Part shown: in pieces, positions 8,211 through 16,424 of the stretch
Layout: each line of letters opens with the position of its first letter
Position numbering within the stretch: the stretch's first letter is position 1
IMG/VR virus record: IMGVR_UViG_2585427751_000008
Coordinates: 1 to 22,249 of that record
DNA: 22,249 bases
Source of the DNA: a virus
Taxonomy: Duplodnaviria > Heunggongvirae > Uroviricota > Caudoviricetes
Direction: 5' to 3' (one strand)
The notes under the pieces: generated by a model
The model's input: the letters and a program-made list of their open reading frames with translations, nothing else
Database searches by the model: none
What the model was told of the DNA's origin: nothing
Position numbers and translations under genes: made by a program

Positions 8211-8577
8211 TAGCTTTATCCTCCATGCTGGACAGAATCATATGTATTAATGTCGGGCGTGGAGATATACGCATTTCATTAAGCGTCTGAAGGGCAGCAA
8301 CAGCAGCCATTTTATCGGTGCCTCTGGCAATTTCTGCAAGAGAATGCACAATCCATAACGGACTTAACGCTACGGCTGAATCCAGAATCATGTCATCCAT
8401 AATAATTTCTGGCACATCCCGTTTGTCACATTCTTTATCCATAAAAGAAACGATTTTTTCCGCATCTTCCGGTTTCATACCTCCGGCGATAAGAATTTTA
8501 CGATATTCATAAGACGTTCTTAATTCAATGCTCATATTCATCTCCTGTAACTCTGACAAGGACGTGATTTTTCTCAT
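8203..8577 (-). CDS. Hypothetical soluble acidic protein (cassette gene 2)
   Basis: 124 aa, no recognisable motif. ATGA overlap with the upstream ORF. Confidence 0.4.
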   Translation of the reverse strand: MRKITSLSELQEMNMSIELRTSYEYRKILIAGGMKPEDAEKIVSFMDKECDKRDVPEIIMDDMILDSAVALSPLWIVHSLAEIARGTDKMAAVAALQTLNEMRISPRPTLIHMILSSMEDKANE

Positions 8578-8759
8578 TTACGCCTCCCGGAAATACGAAT
8601 GTATATACCGATGAGAAAATCCATAATAAACAGGAAGAGCGACATCCTGATAAAGAACCAAATGTCAGGCATAATGGACAGGTTTCCTGTAATCGCAAAT
8701 ATAAAACCAGTCCCCCACACTGGAACGATAATTGCGAAAAATACAAGTCTCTTTATCAT
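8574..8759 (-). CDS. Small two-helix membrane protein (cassette gene 1)
   Basis: 61 aa with two hydrophobic segments (LVFFAIIVPVWGTGFIFAI and FFIRMSLFLFIMDFLIGIYI) and a basic C-terminus. ATGA overlap with the upstream ORF. Confidence 0.4.
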   Translation of the reverse strand: MIKRLVFFAIIVPVWGTGFIFAITGNLSIMPDIWFFIRMSLFLFIMDFLIGIYIRISGRRK

Positions 8760-9307
8760 GGCGTTAACTCCCGTAATACAGCGTCCTCGGCGGTCCGTCG
8801 ACGGTAATAAACAGCGTGAGCAGAATGTTCAGATATGCCAAACTTTTCGCCAATTTCCCGGAATGACAGACGGCGAGGGTAATCGGAATCCCGTAGTGCA
8901 CGTATAAGACGAACATCCTCATCAGATATACGTGTGCCGGGGCGTAACTCACCGCACTTTGTTAATCCGGCACCAATCATTCCTGCGCGGCACCTGACAG
9001 AGTCTTTATTACGTCCGAGATAATCCCCCATTTGCTGGCAGGTCATTGTCCGGGCATTTTTTCGGATAAATTTATCTTCATCAGGTGTAAATCGCGGTCG
9101 TTTATATTTCAGCAACTCCGGGTATGTACTGCGCAATACGCCAGTCCGGTTATATACGGCCCAGACACTTCTTTTTATTCTGGCGGCAATATCCTTAACC
9201 GGGGTGGAGGAATAAAGCGCAATCAGCAGCGCATCTTCTTCAGGTGTCCACGGGCGGACATGAGCAGGTGCACGACCTTTTCGCCCCATGGGTTGTAATT
9301 TCATCAT
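8756..9307 (-). CDS. Hypothetical protein with three Myb/SANT-like repeats (putative DNA-binding)
   Basis: 183 aa. Three repeats of a W/F-T/S-P-E/D-E-D pattern (WTPEEDALLIAL…, FTPDEDKFIRKN…, ISDEDVRLIRAL…) about 50 residues apart, each followed by a basic helix-like segment. Confidence 0.45.
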   Translation of the reverse strand: MMKLQPMGRKGRAPAHVRPWTPEEDALLIALYSSTPVKDIAARIKRSVWAVYNRTGVLRSTYPELLKYKRPRFTPDEDKFIRKNARTMTCQQMGDYLGRNKDSVRCRAGMIGAGLTKCGELRPGTRISDEDVRLIRALRDSDYPRRLSFREIGEKFGISEHSAHAVYYRRRTAEDAVLRELTP

Positions 9308-9310
9308 GCA

Positions 9311-9826
9311 TCACCCCCTGACTCGCTTTTCAGCAGCATAAAACTCATCAGACAGAATTTCGGTCATTTTCTGATTTGCGGGTTTTACACCGCACTGAAG
9401 ATAAATCACATCGTCAACGCAGAACCACTCCACAGGGCCATACAGGATTGCTGAGAAATCAATGCCCAGCCAGAACAACAGGGCATCGGTTCTGGCATAC
9501 GTGACGGGCGAATATTCACGCCACAGACTGTTCAGTTCGTCAGAGGCAGTGCGCAGGGCTTTGGGAATGCGCGATGTGCGCGGCGTGCAGCTCCAGCCAT
9601 TCGACGCAGTCGGTTTTCGCCATAAATCACGATGAAAAGGATATTTGTCATTCGTAAAACGCAGCCCCTTAAAACAAAAACCGCTGATACCGGATACAAA
9701 TACCGACCGGCACTCAACATTCAGCACGGCCTCAAGGCGTTTTGCCTCATCCTTAACTTGCTGGCAGTCCTGCTGATATTTTTGCCACGCAGCCAGCGCG
9801 GAAGGGTTCGATGTTTTAAAGAACAT
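9311..9826 (-). CDS. Hypothetical early-region protein
   Basis: 171 aa ORF in the tightly packed early operon (1-nt overlap with the upstream gene). No motif recognised. Confidence 0.4.
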   Translation of the reverse strand: MFFKTSNPSALAAWQKYQQDCQQVKDEAKRLEAVLNVECRSVFVSGISGFCFKGLRFTNDKYPFHRDLWRKPTASNGWSCTPRTSRIPKALRTASDELNSLWREYSPVTYARTDALLFWLGIDFSAILYGPVEWFCVDDVIYLQCGVKPANQKMTEILSDEFYAAEKRVRG

Positions 9827-10359
9827 TACGCCACCTCCGCAGATATCCCGGCAGGCGCTGCCGTCCGGTCAACAATCAGGTAACGCAGAACATGTTCGGT
9901 GATATTCCAGCCGCTTAAACCGCAGATAATGGTCCCCAGGCGAATGTCGATATACGCCATCACAAACTGGGGCACACCTTCTTTCATTGCCTGCTCATCA
10001 ACTTCAGCCACCACATAAACGGTTTCACAGGTCAGAACGCCCTGCGCAAATTCCCACGCCATCGACGGAATATCATGCCCTTCAACCCACGGCAGGGATT
10101 TTCTGAAGCTGCACCACTGAACATCATCAGCCACAGACTCCTGGCGGCATTTGCGACGAACCGGCTGTACCGGGCGGGGACGCGGAATATCATAAAAACC
10201 GTTACATTCTGTCAGCACACCGGCATCAACCGCATCACGCAGAAAATAGACCATCGAGGATGGCGGCATATTCATTCTTTGAGCCAGAACGCCGCAGGTC
10301 AGACGCCCGTAAATGCTCAGCCAGTTTTTAACCCCTTCAAGCACTTTTGCATCTATCAT
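9826..10359 (-). CDS. Hypothetical early-region protein, possible N-terminal winged-helix domain
   Basis: 177 aa. The N-terminal ~50 aa (…LTCGVLAQRMNMPPSSMVYFLRDAVDAGVL) looks like a winged-helix DNA-binding fold. Weak assignment. Confidence 0.35.
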   Translation of the reverse strand: MIDAKVLEGVKNWLSIYGRLTCGVLAQRMNMPPSSMVYFLRDAVDAGVLTECNGFYDIPRPRPVQPVRRKCRQESVADDVQWCSFRKSLPWVEGHDIPSMAWEFAQGVLTCETVYVVAEVDEQAMKEGVPQFVMAYIDIRLGTIICGLSGWNITEHVLRYLIVDRTAAPAGISAEVA

Positions 10360-10362
10360 GAA

Positions 10363-10905
10363 TTATTCCTCCGTCAGCGCCACATATTCAGAATGTTTAA
10401 TTTCCTGACATTCTTCAGGAATACGCCCGTTTATTTCCCTGCCATAAGCACCTACTTTAAACACCACGCACAGGGCATCACGGGAGAGAGACGGGGTCCA
10501 CCAGGAGTCTGTGTTAAACATGGAGGGCATTCTCATTACCCCCAGCTTTTCACAGAGCCAGACAAGGAAATCAGGTCGCTTTCTTAAATCGCGTTCAGCG
10601 GCTTCAACCATTGTGGCAATCGCCGGTCCTTCAGGGCATGACTCATCAGGTCTGGCTATAAAGCACTGTCCGCTACCGATAAAAGCCACATCATCGCGCT
10701 TACGCCAGCCCGCAGGCAGAGCACCGGCAAAATAAAACTCACTGATTCTGTCCATGGCGAACGGCTTTAAGCGCAATCCGGCAGCGCCTGTATTTTTCAG
10801 TAACGTCCGAAGAATACTGTTGCGTAGCGGTAAAACAGTCTGTTGATATTTGGTGAAATATTTATTTGTCTGTGCTCTGTCTAATTTGAAATAAAAATAT
10901 GCCAT
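10363..10905 (-). CDS. Hypothetical early-region protein
   Basis: 180 aa ORF directly downstream of gam in the early operon. No motif recognised. Confidence 0.4.
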   Translation of the reverse strand: MAYFYFKLDRAQTNKYFTKYQQTVLPLRNSILRTLLKNTGAAGLRLKPFAMDRISEFYFAGALPAGWRKRDDVAFIGSGQCFIARPDESCPEGPAIATMVEAAERDLRKRPDFLVWLCEKLGVMRMPSMFNTDSWWTPSLSRDALCVVFKVGAYGREINGRIPEECQEIKHSEYVALTEE

Positions 10906-11002
10906 ATTTCCTGTTCCTTATTTTCAGTTTACAGGCGCAAGCAGCCCTCTGACGCGAGCGCCATAATTAAAACAATGTGATATCTAAAGATTTAATGCGG
11001 TG

Positions 11003-11533
11003 TTATTTATTCAGTCCGGCGTCCTGTTCAAAAGGCTCGACAGAAAAACTTTCAGCGCCTTTATTCACCTTAATACCGGCAATACCCTTTACCGCATCCG
11101 GTTCCGCCAGAATGGCTTGCTTATTCACTTCCTCTTTCGTGCGGATGAAACGCTCAAGCCCCATACGGCGCAGCATTTCAATCACACCTTCCACATCACG
11201 GCTGACGCTGCATGATGGCTTTTCCAGCCGCCATGACACCGTTCCGGTTGTCAGATTGGCAGTTTTGGTTTCGCCACCGTTCGTCAGCTCATCGCGGTTG
11301 GTTTTGCACCAGTCATGAATCCCCTTAAAAAGCACTTTGATTTCTTTTTTAAGGTTTTCAATCTGCGGCGTATAACGGGCGGTGATTTCTGCCACTTCAT
11401 CATTCATTGCCGTTTCCAGGCGCAGCGCCTCTCGCTGCATATCCCCAAAGCGACGGATATCGCGACTGACTTCTTCCCGGGTCTGCGGTGCCGCCTCGGC
11501 TGCGGCCTTTAATTTTGTAACGCGTTTAGCCAT
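11003..11533 (-). CDS. gam: Host-nuclease inhibitor Gam (Mu Gam family)
   Basis: 176 aa. Close match to recalled Mu Gam sequence, e.g. GDMQREALRLETAMNDEVAEI, NRDELTNGGETKTANLTTGTVSWR, LERFIRTKEEVNKQAIL, SVEPFEQDAG. Confidence 0.9.
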   Translation of the reverse strand: MAKRVTKLKAAAEAAPQTREEVSRDIRRFGDMQREALRLETAMNDEVAEITARYTPQIENLKKEIKVLFKGIHDWCKTNRDELTNGGETKTANLTTGTVSWRLEKPSCSVSRDVEGVIEMLRRMGLERFIRTKEEVNKQAILAEPDAVKGIAGIKVNKGAESFSVEPFEQDAGLNK

Positions 11534-11544
11534 TTTGTTTTTCC

Positions 11545-11838
11545 TTATTGCAGTGTGCCTGATGCTTTATGCACGCGGTGGCGTTTAATGATGGCATCCG
11601 CCCCAAAAGCCTGTACAGATGCCTGAAATTCCGCTGAGAGAAACTGAATAATTGCAGGACTGTGATACTGGAGAATACTTGCATAAACGTCACAGAGTGA
11701 CGTCGGGCTGTTATCCGTATCACGTTCTGTTTTCACATCCACTCCAATCTTTTCATGCACTTCAACACAGTCATTGCCTGCCAACTTTTCGTCATGCGAA
11801 ACATGATTAAATTCAAAAATAACGCGTACTTTGCTCAT
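11545..11838 (-). CDS. Hypothetical small protein, paralogue of the adjacent upstream ORF
   Basis: 97 aa from ATG at 11836-11838. N-terminus MSKVRVIFEFNHV parallels MSKVVRIIFEYKEHV of the neighbour. Confidence 0.4.
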   Translation of the reverse strand: MSKVRVIFEFNHVSHDEKLAGNDCVEVHEKIGVDVKTERDTDNSPTSLCDVYASILQYHSPAIIQFLSAEFQASVQAFGADAIIKRHRVHKASGTLQ

Positions 11839-11842
11839 GGAA

Positions 11843-12115
11843 TTACCCCTGCTGATTAAATTCATTACCTTTAATAACCCCGGAACGCATGCTCATATCT
11901 TTCATGAGCGCACTGGCTTTCATTGCCACAAGTTCAGCAAAGTCTCTGCTTTCCGCGAGCATAACCACCCCAAAAATCATGGCGGGTCCATCACCTTTCT
12001 GCTTTATCCCGGTTGAACGTATGTCCAGACTTACCCCCATGCGCACTGTTCCATCAGGGTTTTTATGGATAACGTGCTCCTTGTATTCGAAAATAATGCG
12101 TACGACTTTACTCAT
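11843..12115 (-). CDS. Hypothetical small protein, paralogue of the adjacent downstream ORF
   Basis: 90 aa. N-terminal similarity to the neighbouring ORF indicates a tandem duplication. Confidence 0.4.
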   Translation of the reverse strand: MSKVVRIIFEYKEHVIHKNPDGTVRMGVSLDIRSTGIKQKGDGPAMIFGVVMLAESRDFAELVAMKASALMKDMSMRSGVIKGNEFNQQG

Positions 12116-12363
12116 CCTCTGGTCCTCGTTCTGTTTGGATAACTGACCCGGCGTCTGACCTCACGGCAGAACCGAATCATGGCATTAAAGGCTTCTTCCT
12201 CCGTCACCGCTTCCGGTATCACCATTCGTGTGCGGTCATTAAATTCAAAAAGTAAATCGCCACATTCTTTATTTTCGGCCAGTGAAATCACCTTCACGTT
12301 ATCGAAATTAACCAGGTAAAAGCGTCCGTAAATATCAGGAATATTAAATACCGCCATAATCAC
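12112..12363 (-). CDS. Hypothetical small protein immediately downstream of B
   Basis: 83 aa ORF whose start overlaps the B stop codon. Position corresponds to the kil region of Mu, but no sequence similarity is claimed. Confidence 0.35.
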   Translation of the reverse strand: MIMAVFNIPDIYGRFYLVNFDNVKVISLAENKECGDLLFEFNDRTRMVIPEAVTEEEAFNAMIRFCREVRRRVSYPNRTRTRG

Positions 12364-13292
12364 ACCTGTGAGAGTAATTCAGGGTTGGTATAAACCTCTT
12401 TAAAGGCCGCATTAATATGTTTTTCTGTCAGCGCCGCGCCTTCACCGCTGGCGGTGAGCCACGCCTGGTTAAGCGTATGTGTCAGAACGCGTAACGCTCC
12501 CGGTTTTTCAGCGATAGCCTGCATGACGGCCAGCTCGGCCTCACCACTGATACCCCATGCCCTGGCAATGGCCAGCACATCCGCCTTTTTAGCCTTGCGA
12601 AGTTGTTTTGTACGGGCAAGACGACTGAACAGGCGCGATAAGTCATCAACGGCGCGGCGTCCACCCTTAAACAGTCCGCGCGGGTTACCAATAAGCACCA
12701 TCCCGATCCCCGTGGCGTCCTGGATTGCACGCAGTTGTTCCAGACCGTCAATACCCAGATGATCCGCCTCATCCACAATCACCAGTCCACGCGTTCCCGT
12801 CAGGCGACGGCGGATGGCGCGGGATAACGCCCCCTTGTTCGCGCGGGTGTAATCAATCCCCAGCGCATCGGCCAGCTCCAGCAGACACTCCGTGACGCTG
12901 GAGTGCGCGGGTGACAGGGTGATCATCCAGGTGTTTGGTTGCTCCTGGCAGTAATTACGGGCGGTGGCCGTTTTACCCACACCCGGTACGCCCACAATGA
13001 CGTTAATACAGCCCATCAGGCGAACCGCCTGAAACAGTGCGCGCAGCTCCTGGACTGTCTGCGTTTCCACAAACTGCGGCGGTTCCGGCAGTGCGCTTTG
13101 TTTATTCCAGTTCTCATACCAGGAACGCAGGGAAGCAGCCACAGCGGCGTTATCGCCTTTATATTTCCCCTTGCGGAAAGCCGATAATGTGCCGTCGGAA
13201 ATTCCCGCCTCTCTGGCGATGGCATACTGCGTCAGTACGCCGCCATCAATAAGTTCATCAATGGTCTTGATTACATCGTTAATATCAGTCAT
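12360..13292 (-). CDS. B: Transposition ATPase B (MuB-like AAA+ protein)
   Basis: 310 aa. N-terminal HTH-like region, Walker A GVPGVGKT, Walker B LVIVDEAD. Size and position downstream of A match MuB. Confidence 0.9.
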   Translation of the reverse strand: MTDINDVIKTIDELIDGGVLTQYAIAREAGISDGTLSAFRKGKYKGDNAAVAASLRSWYENWNKQSALPEPPQFVETQTVQELRALFQAVRLMGCINVIVGVPGVGKTATARNYCQEQPNTWMITLSPAHSSVTECLLELADALGIDYTRANKGALSRAIRRRLTGTRGLVIVDEADHLGIDGLEQLRAIQDATGIGMVLIGNPRGLFKGGRRAVDDLSRLFSRLARTKQLRKAKKADVLAIARAWGISGEAELAVMQAIAEKPGALRVLTHTLNQAWLTASGEGAALTEKHINAAFKEVYTNPELLSQV

Positions 13293-13327
13293 ATTATTAA
13301 CCTCTCATTTGATACCTTGTTTAATCA

Positions 13328-13364
13328 AATAACCTGAGTCGCCGCTCGGGTTATTTTTTTATTT
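13328..13364 (+). terminator. Intrinsic-terminator-like hairpin in the A-B intergenic region, oriented antisense to the transposase operon
   Basis: Stem AATAACCTGAG (13328-13338) pairs with CTCGGGTTATT (13345-13355), 6-nt loop, then a T-run on the plus strand (13356-13364). The minus-strand downstream sequence is not U-rich. Confidence 0.35.
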
Positions 13365-15454
13365 CAGGCCAGTGGATCACTTTCTTTTAATTTTGCTTCG
13401 AGCAGTTGCAATCCCCGCTGGAAATTACGCTCGTATTCTTCATCAGGTTCATCGTCAGCGACCGGTTGCTGAACGGTCACCGTATTACCCACAGGGCGGT
13501 ATATGTTTTCCAGCCATGGCTCCTGCGGCTTGTGCTCCAGCACGTTGACAACCTCATCCTCGGCATCACGGATTTTTTCCTCTGCGCGTTTACGCATACC
13601 TTTAAGGCGCTGTTGCTGTTTGTAGTATTCCGCGCTGACCGGGAAGGCTTCGCGTTTATTGCCGTCCCATACCGCCTCGCAAATCACGCTGCCATCCGGG
13701 CGACGAACGGTAATTCGTTCGGCATCATGAATGTCATAGCTGATAAGCACCTTGCGGCCATGCTCATCACGCAGCTCGGGCGCGTAGTAAATATTATTCA
13801 GCCAGCGTATTTCACAGCGTCTTACAGGGCGCTCCACCATCGGCCGGAACATGTCCCGCAATTCCACATCGGACAGCCATTCAATTTCCGTATCCTCTTC
13901 TGCCAGGCGTTTTTTTCTGAACTCCGCCGGGCTGTAATGCTTGCCGTTCGGCTTCACCGGTAATTCATCGTGCGGCCGGTTGTTGTACCACTCAACACCG
14001 TCACGAATGGCATCAATCAGTTCAGACCAGGACGGTAAATCACGCATCGCTGACTGCTGCCGGGCGTTCAGCCGTTTGCCCTGTTGCAGGGCAGTAAATG
14101 CCGAGCGTAAATCGCGGTTGGTTTTACGTAACGTCTCGCGATCTGCACCTTTCCCGAAATAGGTGCGGTATCTGCGGGCTATGCGCATCGGTAATGTGCG
14201 GTTAAGCCGTTCGATAATGCCCCGTCCCTGCGGGTTACCGGCAATTCCGGTCGGGTGATTAATCCCCAGTCGCGGCAGTATCCCCACAATCTCTTTATCC
14301 AGGATGTCGGCCGTTTCCCCGGAGCCGTTATCCGAGTAATACAGAAACGGTTTGCCGTGATAGCGAATACCGTGCTGTATGGCGCCGGCTACGGCGAAAA
14401 CATTTTCAGCCAGGTCAAGGCTCCAGCCCACCACAAAGCGCGTGCCACCGTCGATAACAAAGGTCACTTCCGGTGCAAATGGCCGCCCGTGAACCGGGTG
14501 CCTGCATTTCAGCTTCATGCCGTGACCGTCACCAATCCAGACATAATTAACCGGCATTTTTGACCAGTCGCGGCGCGTGAATCCCTCAAGCTGGCGGTAT
14601 TCACTGCCGGTCACCCGGCCTTTTTGTTTCACCACTTCCGGCAATTTTTTCATTGCGCGGCGAATAGTGTCATAAGAGGGCATGATATCGAGCATATAAG
14701 GCTCATCAGCGTGCCGGTGCTGCCATTCGGCGACAAAATCCTCGTAAGCCTCGGTCATTGGTCGGCCGTTTGACTGGCGATACTGCGCCAGAAATTCGGG
14801 CAGCCAGTTAATATCTTCGGCTTTTATTTCCTGGCGTTTACCCGGTGCCAGTAAAAGCAGGCGTTCAGCGGCGTTCTGTGCCTTGTTAAAGGCCGCAATC
14901 CAGCGTTTCAGCGTGATTTCACTCAACGCGCGGCGGTTTCCCTTTTTGGCGTTCGCTGTCTCAACCATTGCCACAATGCGCTCGTCCAGTTGTGAGCGTG
15001 ACAGACGGTCAACAATAAACCGGATAGCTTTAGCGCAGCTGAAACCGGGTTGTTGCGCGAATTTCAGCACCTCGCTGACAATCGCGATTCGTGCATCAGC
15101 CACCTGCCGCTGGTTTTCAGTCAGGGCATTGAGGCGTTCGACCATCAGTTGTGGTGAACCGCGATATGCCTCCACCACATCAACCACGTCAGGTGAGCGT
15201 CTGGCCTTTGTCACCACCGGAGCCGGTGATTCGTCGGCTTTTTGCGTCATCAGTTGCAGGGCGTAGCGTTCACGCAATGCCTGCTGCGTCACTTCAGGTA
15301 AACAGTCGATGCTGTATTCAGTTGCTTTAGAGCCTGAGCGACGACGGGAACAACAGCTTTTCCCTTGTGCGTAACGTTGTAATGCCTGGCGAATACCTTT
15401 TGTTGTAGCAGGCATTCCGGGCGCGCCAATCAGTTCTTTTGCAATGACATACAT
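13364..15454 (-). CDS. A: DDE transposase A (MuA family)
   Basis: 696 aa. Catalytic-core motifs in MuA-like order and spacing: WIGDGH, YYSDNGS, NPQGRGIIERLNRT. Followed by B and preceded by a Ner-like gene. Confidence 0.9.
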   Translation of the reverse strand: MYVIAKELIGAPGMPATTKGIRQALQRYAQGKSCCSRRRSGSKATEYSIDCLPEVTQQALRERYALQLMTQKADESPAPVVTKARRSPDVVDVVEAYRGSPQLMVERLNALTENQRQVADARIAIVSEVLKFAQQPGFSCAKAIRFIVDRLSRSQLDERIVAMVETANAKKGNRRALSEITLKRWIAAFNKAQNAAERLLLLAPGKRQEIKAEDINWLPEFLAQYRQSNGRPMTEAYEDFVAEWQHRHADEPYMLDIMPSYDTIRRAMKKLPEVVKQKGRVTGSEYRQLEGFTRRDWSKMPVNYVWIGDGHGMKLKCRHPVHGRPFAPEVTFVIDGGTRFVVGWSLDLAENVFAVAGAIQHGIRYHGKPFLYYSDNGSGETADILDKEIVGILPRLGINHPTGIAGNPQGRGIIERLNRTLPMRIARRYRTYFGKGADRETLRKTNRDLRSAFTALQQGKRLNARQQSAMRDLPSWSELIDAIRDGVEWYNNRPHDELPVKPNGKHYSPAEFRKKRLAEEDTEIEWLSDVELRDMFRPMVERPVRRCEIRWLNNIYYAPELRDEHGRKVLISYDIHDAERITVRRPDGSVICEAVWDGNKREAFPVSAEYYKQQQRLKGMRKRAEEKIRDAEDEVVNVLEHKPQEPWLENIYRPVGNTVTVQQPVADDEPDEEYERNFQRGLQLLEAKLKESDPLA

Positions 15455-15455
15455 A

Positions 15456-15704
15456 TCATGACGCCTTTCTCATATAGCTCTTAACCTGGTATCTACTGGG
15501 CCAGATTTCTTCAGGCGATACCCCAAGAGCATCAGCAATTATTTGCTGATACGGGCGGCAAGGAGTACGTAATACGCTTTTCAGCGAGTCCCTGCTGTAA
15601 CCAGCCTTTAAAGATAAAGAGCGCAGTGATAAGCCAGCCATGTGTAGGCGCGCCTTGATGATTTCTGGCGGCCAATCGTGATCTGAAACTTCTCTTCTAC
15701 TCAT
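15456..15704 (-). CDS. ner: Ner-like DNA-binding regulator (Ner/Nlp family)
   Basis: 82 aa with the Ner/Nlp signature (…LSLRSLSLKAGYSRDSLKSVL…QQIIADALGVSPEEIWPSRY). Immediately upstream of A and divergent from the repressor. Confidence 0.8.
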   Translation of the reverse strand: MSRREVSDHDWPPEIIKARLHMAGLSLRSLSLKAGYSRDSLKSVLRTPCRPYQQIIADALGVSPEEIWPSRYQVKSYMRKAS

Positions 15705-15724
15705 ACTTCCTCTATCCTAAAAAG

Positions 15725-15810
15725 TTACCCGCGCGGATATTCGTACGGATATCTGTACGGGTAAATAATGCATCACTAAAAATACCAAATCAAGGTATTT
15801 TTGGTATTTT
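15725..15810. promoter_or_regulatory. Divergent promoter/operator region between ner and the repressor gene
   Basis: 7-bp inverted repeat TTACCCG (15725-15731) / CGGGTAA (15758-15764) enclosing tandem GGATATTCGTACGG (15735-15748) and GATATCTGTACGG (15748-15760). A second inverted repeat AAAATACCAAA (15779-15789) / TTTGGTATTTT (15800-15810). Confidence 0.45.
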
Positions 15811-15893
15811 CCTTGTTTTTTCTTTTATCCTTATTTTTCAATTGGATACACAGAAAGAAACCTTTCATTAGAAAAGCACCAAGAGGTATCTTT

Positions 15894-16424
15894 ATGTCGC
15901 AGGGAAAAGAACCTGTTATTGAACGTATTGGGATGCTTACAAAACGCTATCCTTCAAGAAGTGCAGCTGCCAGAGCGTGGGGAATTAATATCAACACATT
16001 AAACAGCTATTTCAAGGGAGGGCAAACACAACCAGCCCCAAGAGAAAGCATTCTTATACGAATTTCTAAAAGTGAAGGTGTTAGTCTTGAGTGGCTTAAA
16101 GAGGGCAAGGGAGAATCACCAAAAGACATTGGTATTTCTGGTGATTTTGGTTGTTCTGGTGATAAGGGAGATCAGCTTACACAGATGCTTTCATTCCTCA
16201 CGAAAGACGAACGAGAACAACTAACCAATCTCCTTGCTCGCAAAGGTGTAGAGACTGTTCTGACACTACTGGATAAAGAAAACCAGGATTTATTACAACT
16301 AGAGGGCAGGAAGCGCCTGGCTGCTTTGATGATTGTGGATATGCCTGACGATAGTGTCAGAGAGATTTTGGAAAAAACCGAGACAAGTAGGCAATCAAAT
16401 CCGGTAGAATCTAAAGCGGGTTAG
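15894..16424 (+). CDS. Phage repressor (c-type, HTH DNA-binding domain plus coiled-coil C-terminus)
   Basis: 176 aa from ATG at 15894, preceded by AAGAGG at 15881-15886. The track ORF starting at 15801 adds an implausible hydrophobic extension. HTH-like segment SRSAAARAWGININTLNSYF…VSLEWLKEGKG. Transcribed toward the phage end, divergent from ner. Confidence 0.65.
   Translation: MSQGKEPVIERIGMLTKRYPSRSAAARAWGININTLNSYFKGGQTQPAPRESILIRISKSEGVSLEWLKEGKGESPKDIGISGDFGCSGDKGDQLTQMLSFLTKDEREQLTNLLARKGVETVLTLLDKENQDLLQLEGRKRLAALMIVDMPDDSVREILEKTETSRQSNPVESKAG

Noticed and set aside
10921-11002. Possible regulatory hairpin in the 97-bp gap downstream of gam
   Set aside because: Only a weak, imperfect inverted repeat (GGCGCAAGC / GCGAGCGCC) without a flanking T-run. 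Insufficient to call a terminator or RNA element.
13406-13963. 185 aa plus-strand ORF inside the transposase region
   Set aside because: Antisense to the DDE transposase gene, which has clear catalytic motifs on the minus strand.
15801-15893. N-terminal extension of the repressor ORF (MVFSLFFLLSLFFNWIHRKKPF…)
   Set aside because: The extension is encoded by the AT-rich operator region. A downstream ATG at 15894 has a proper AAGAGG ribosome-binding site and yields a sensible HTH protein.
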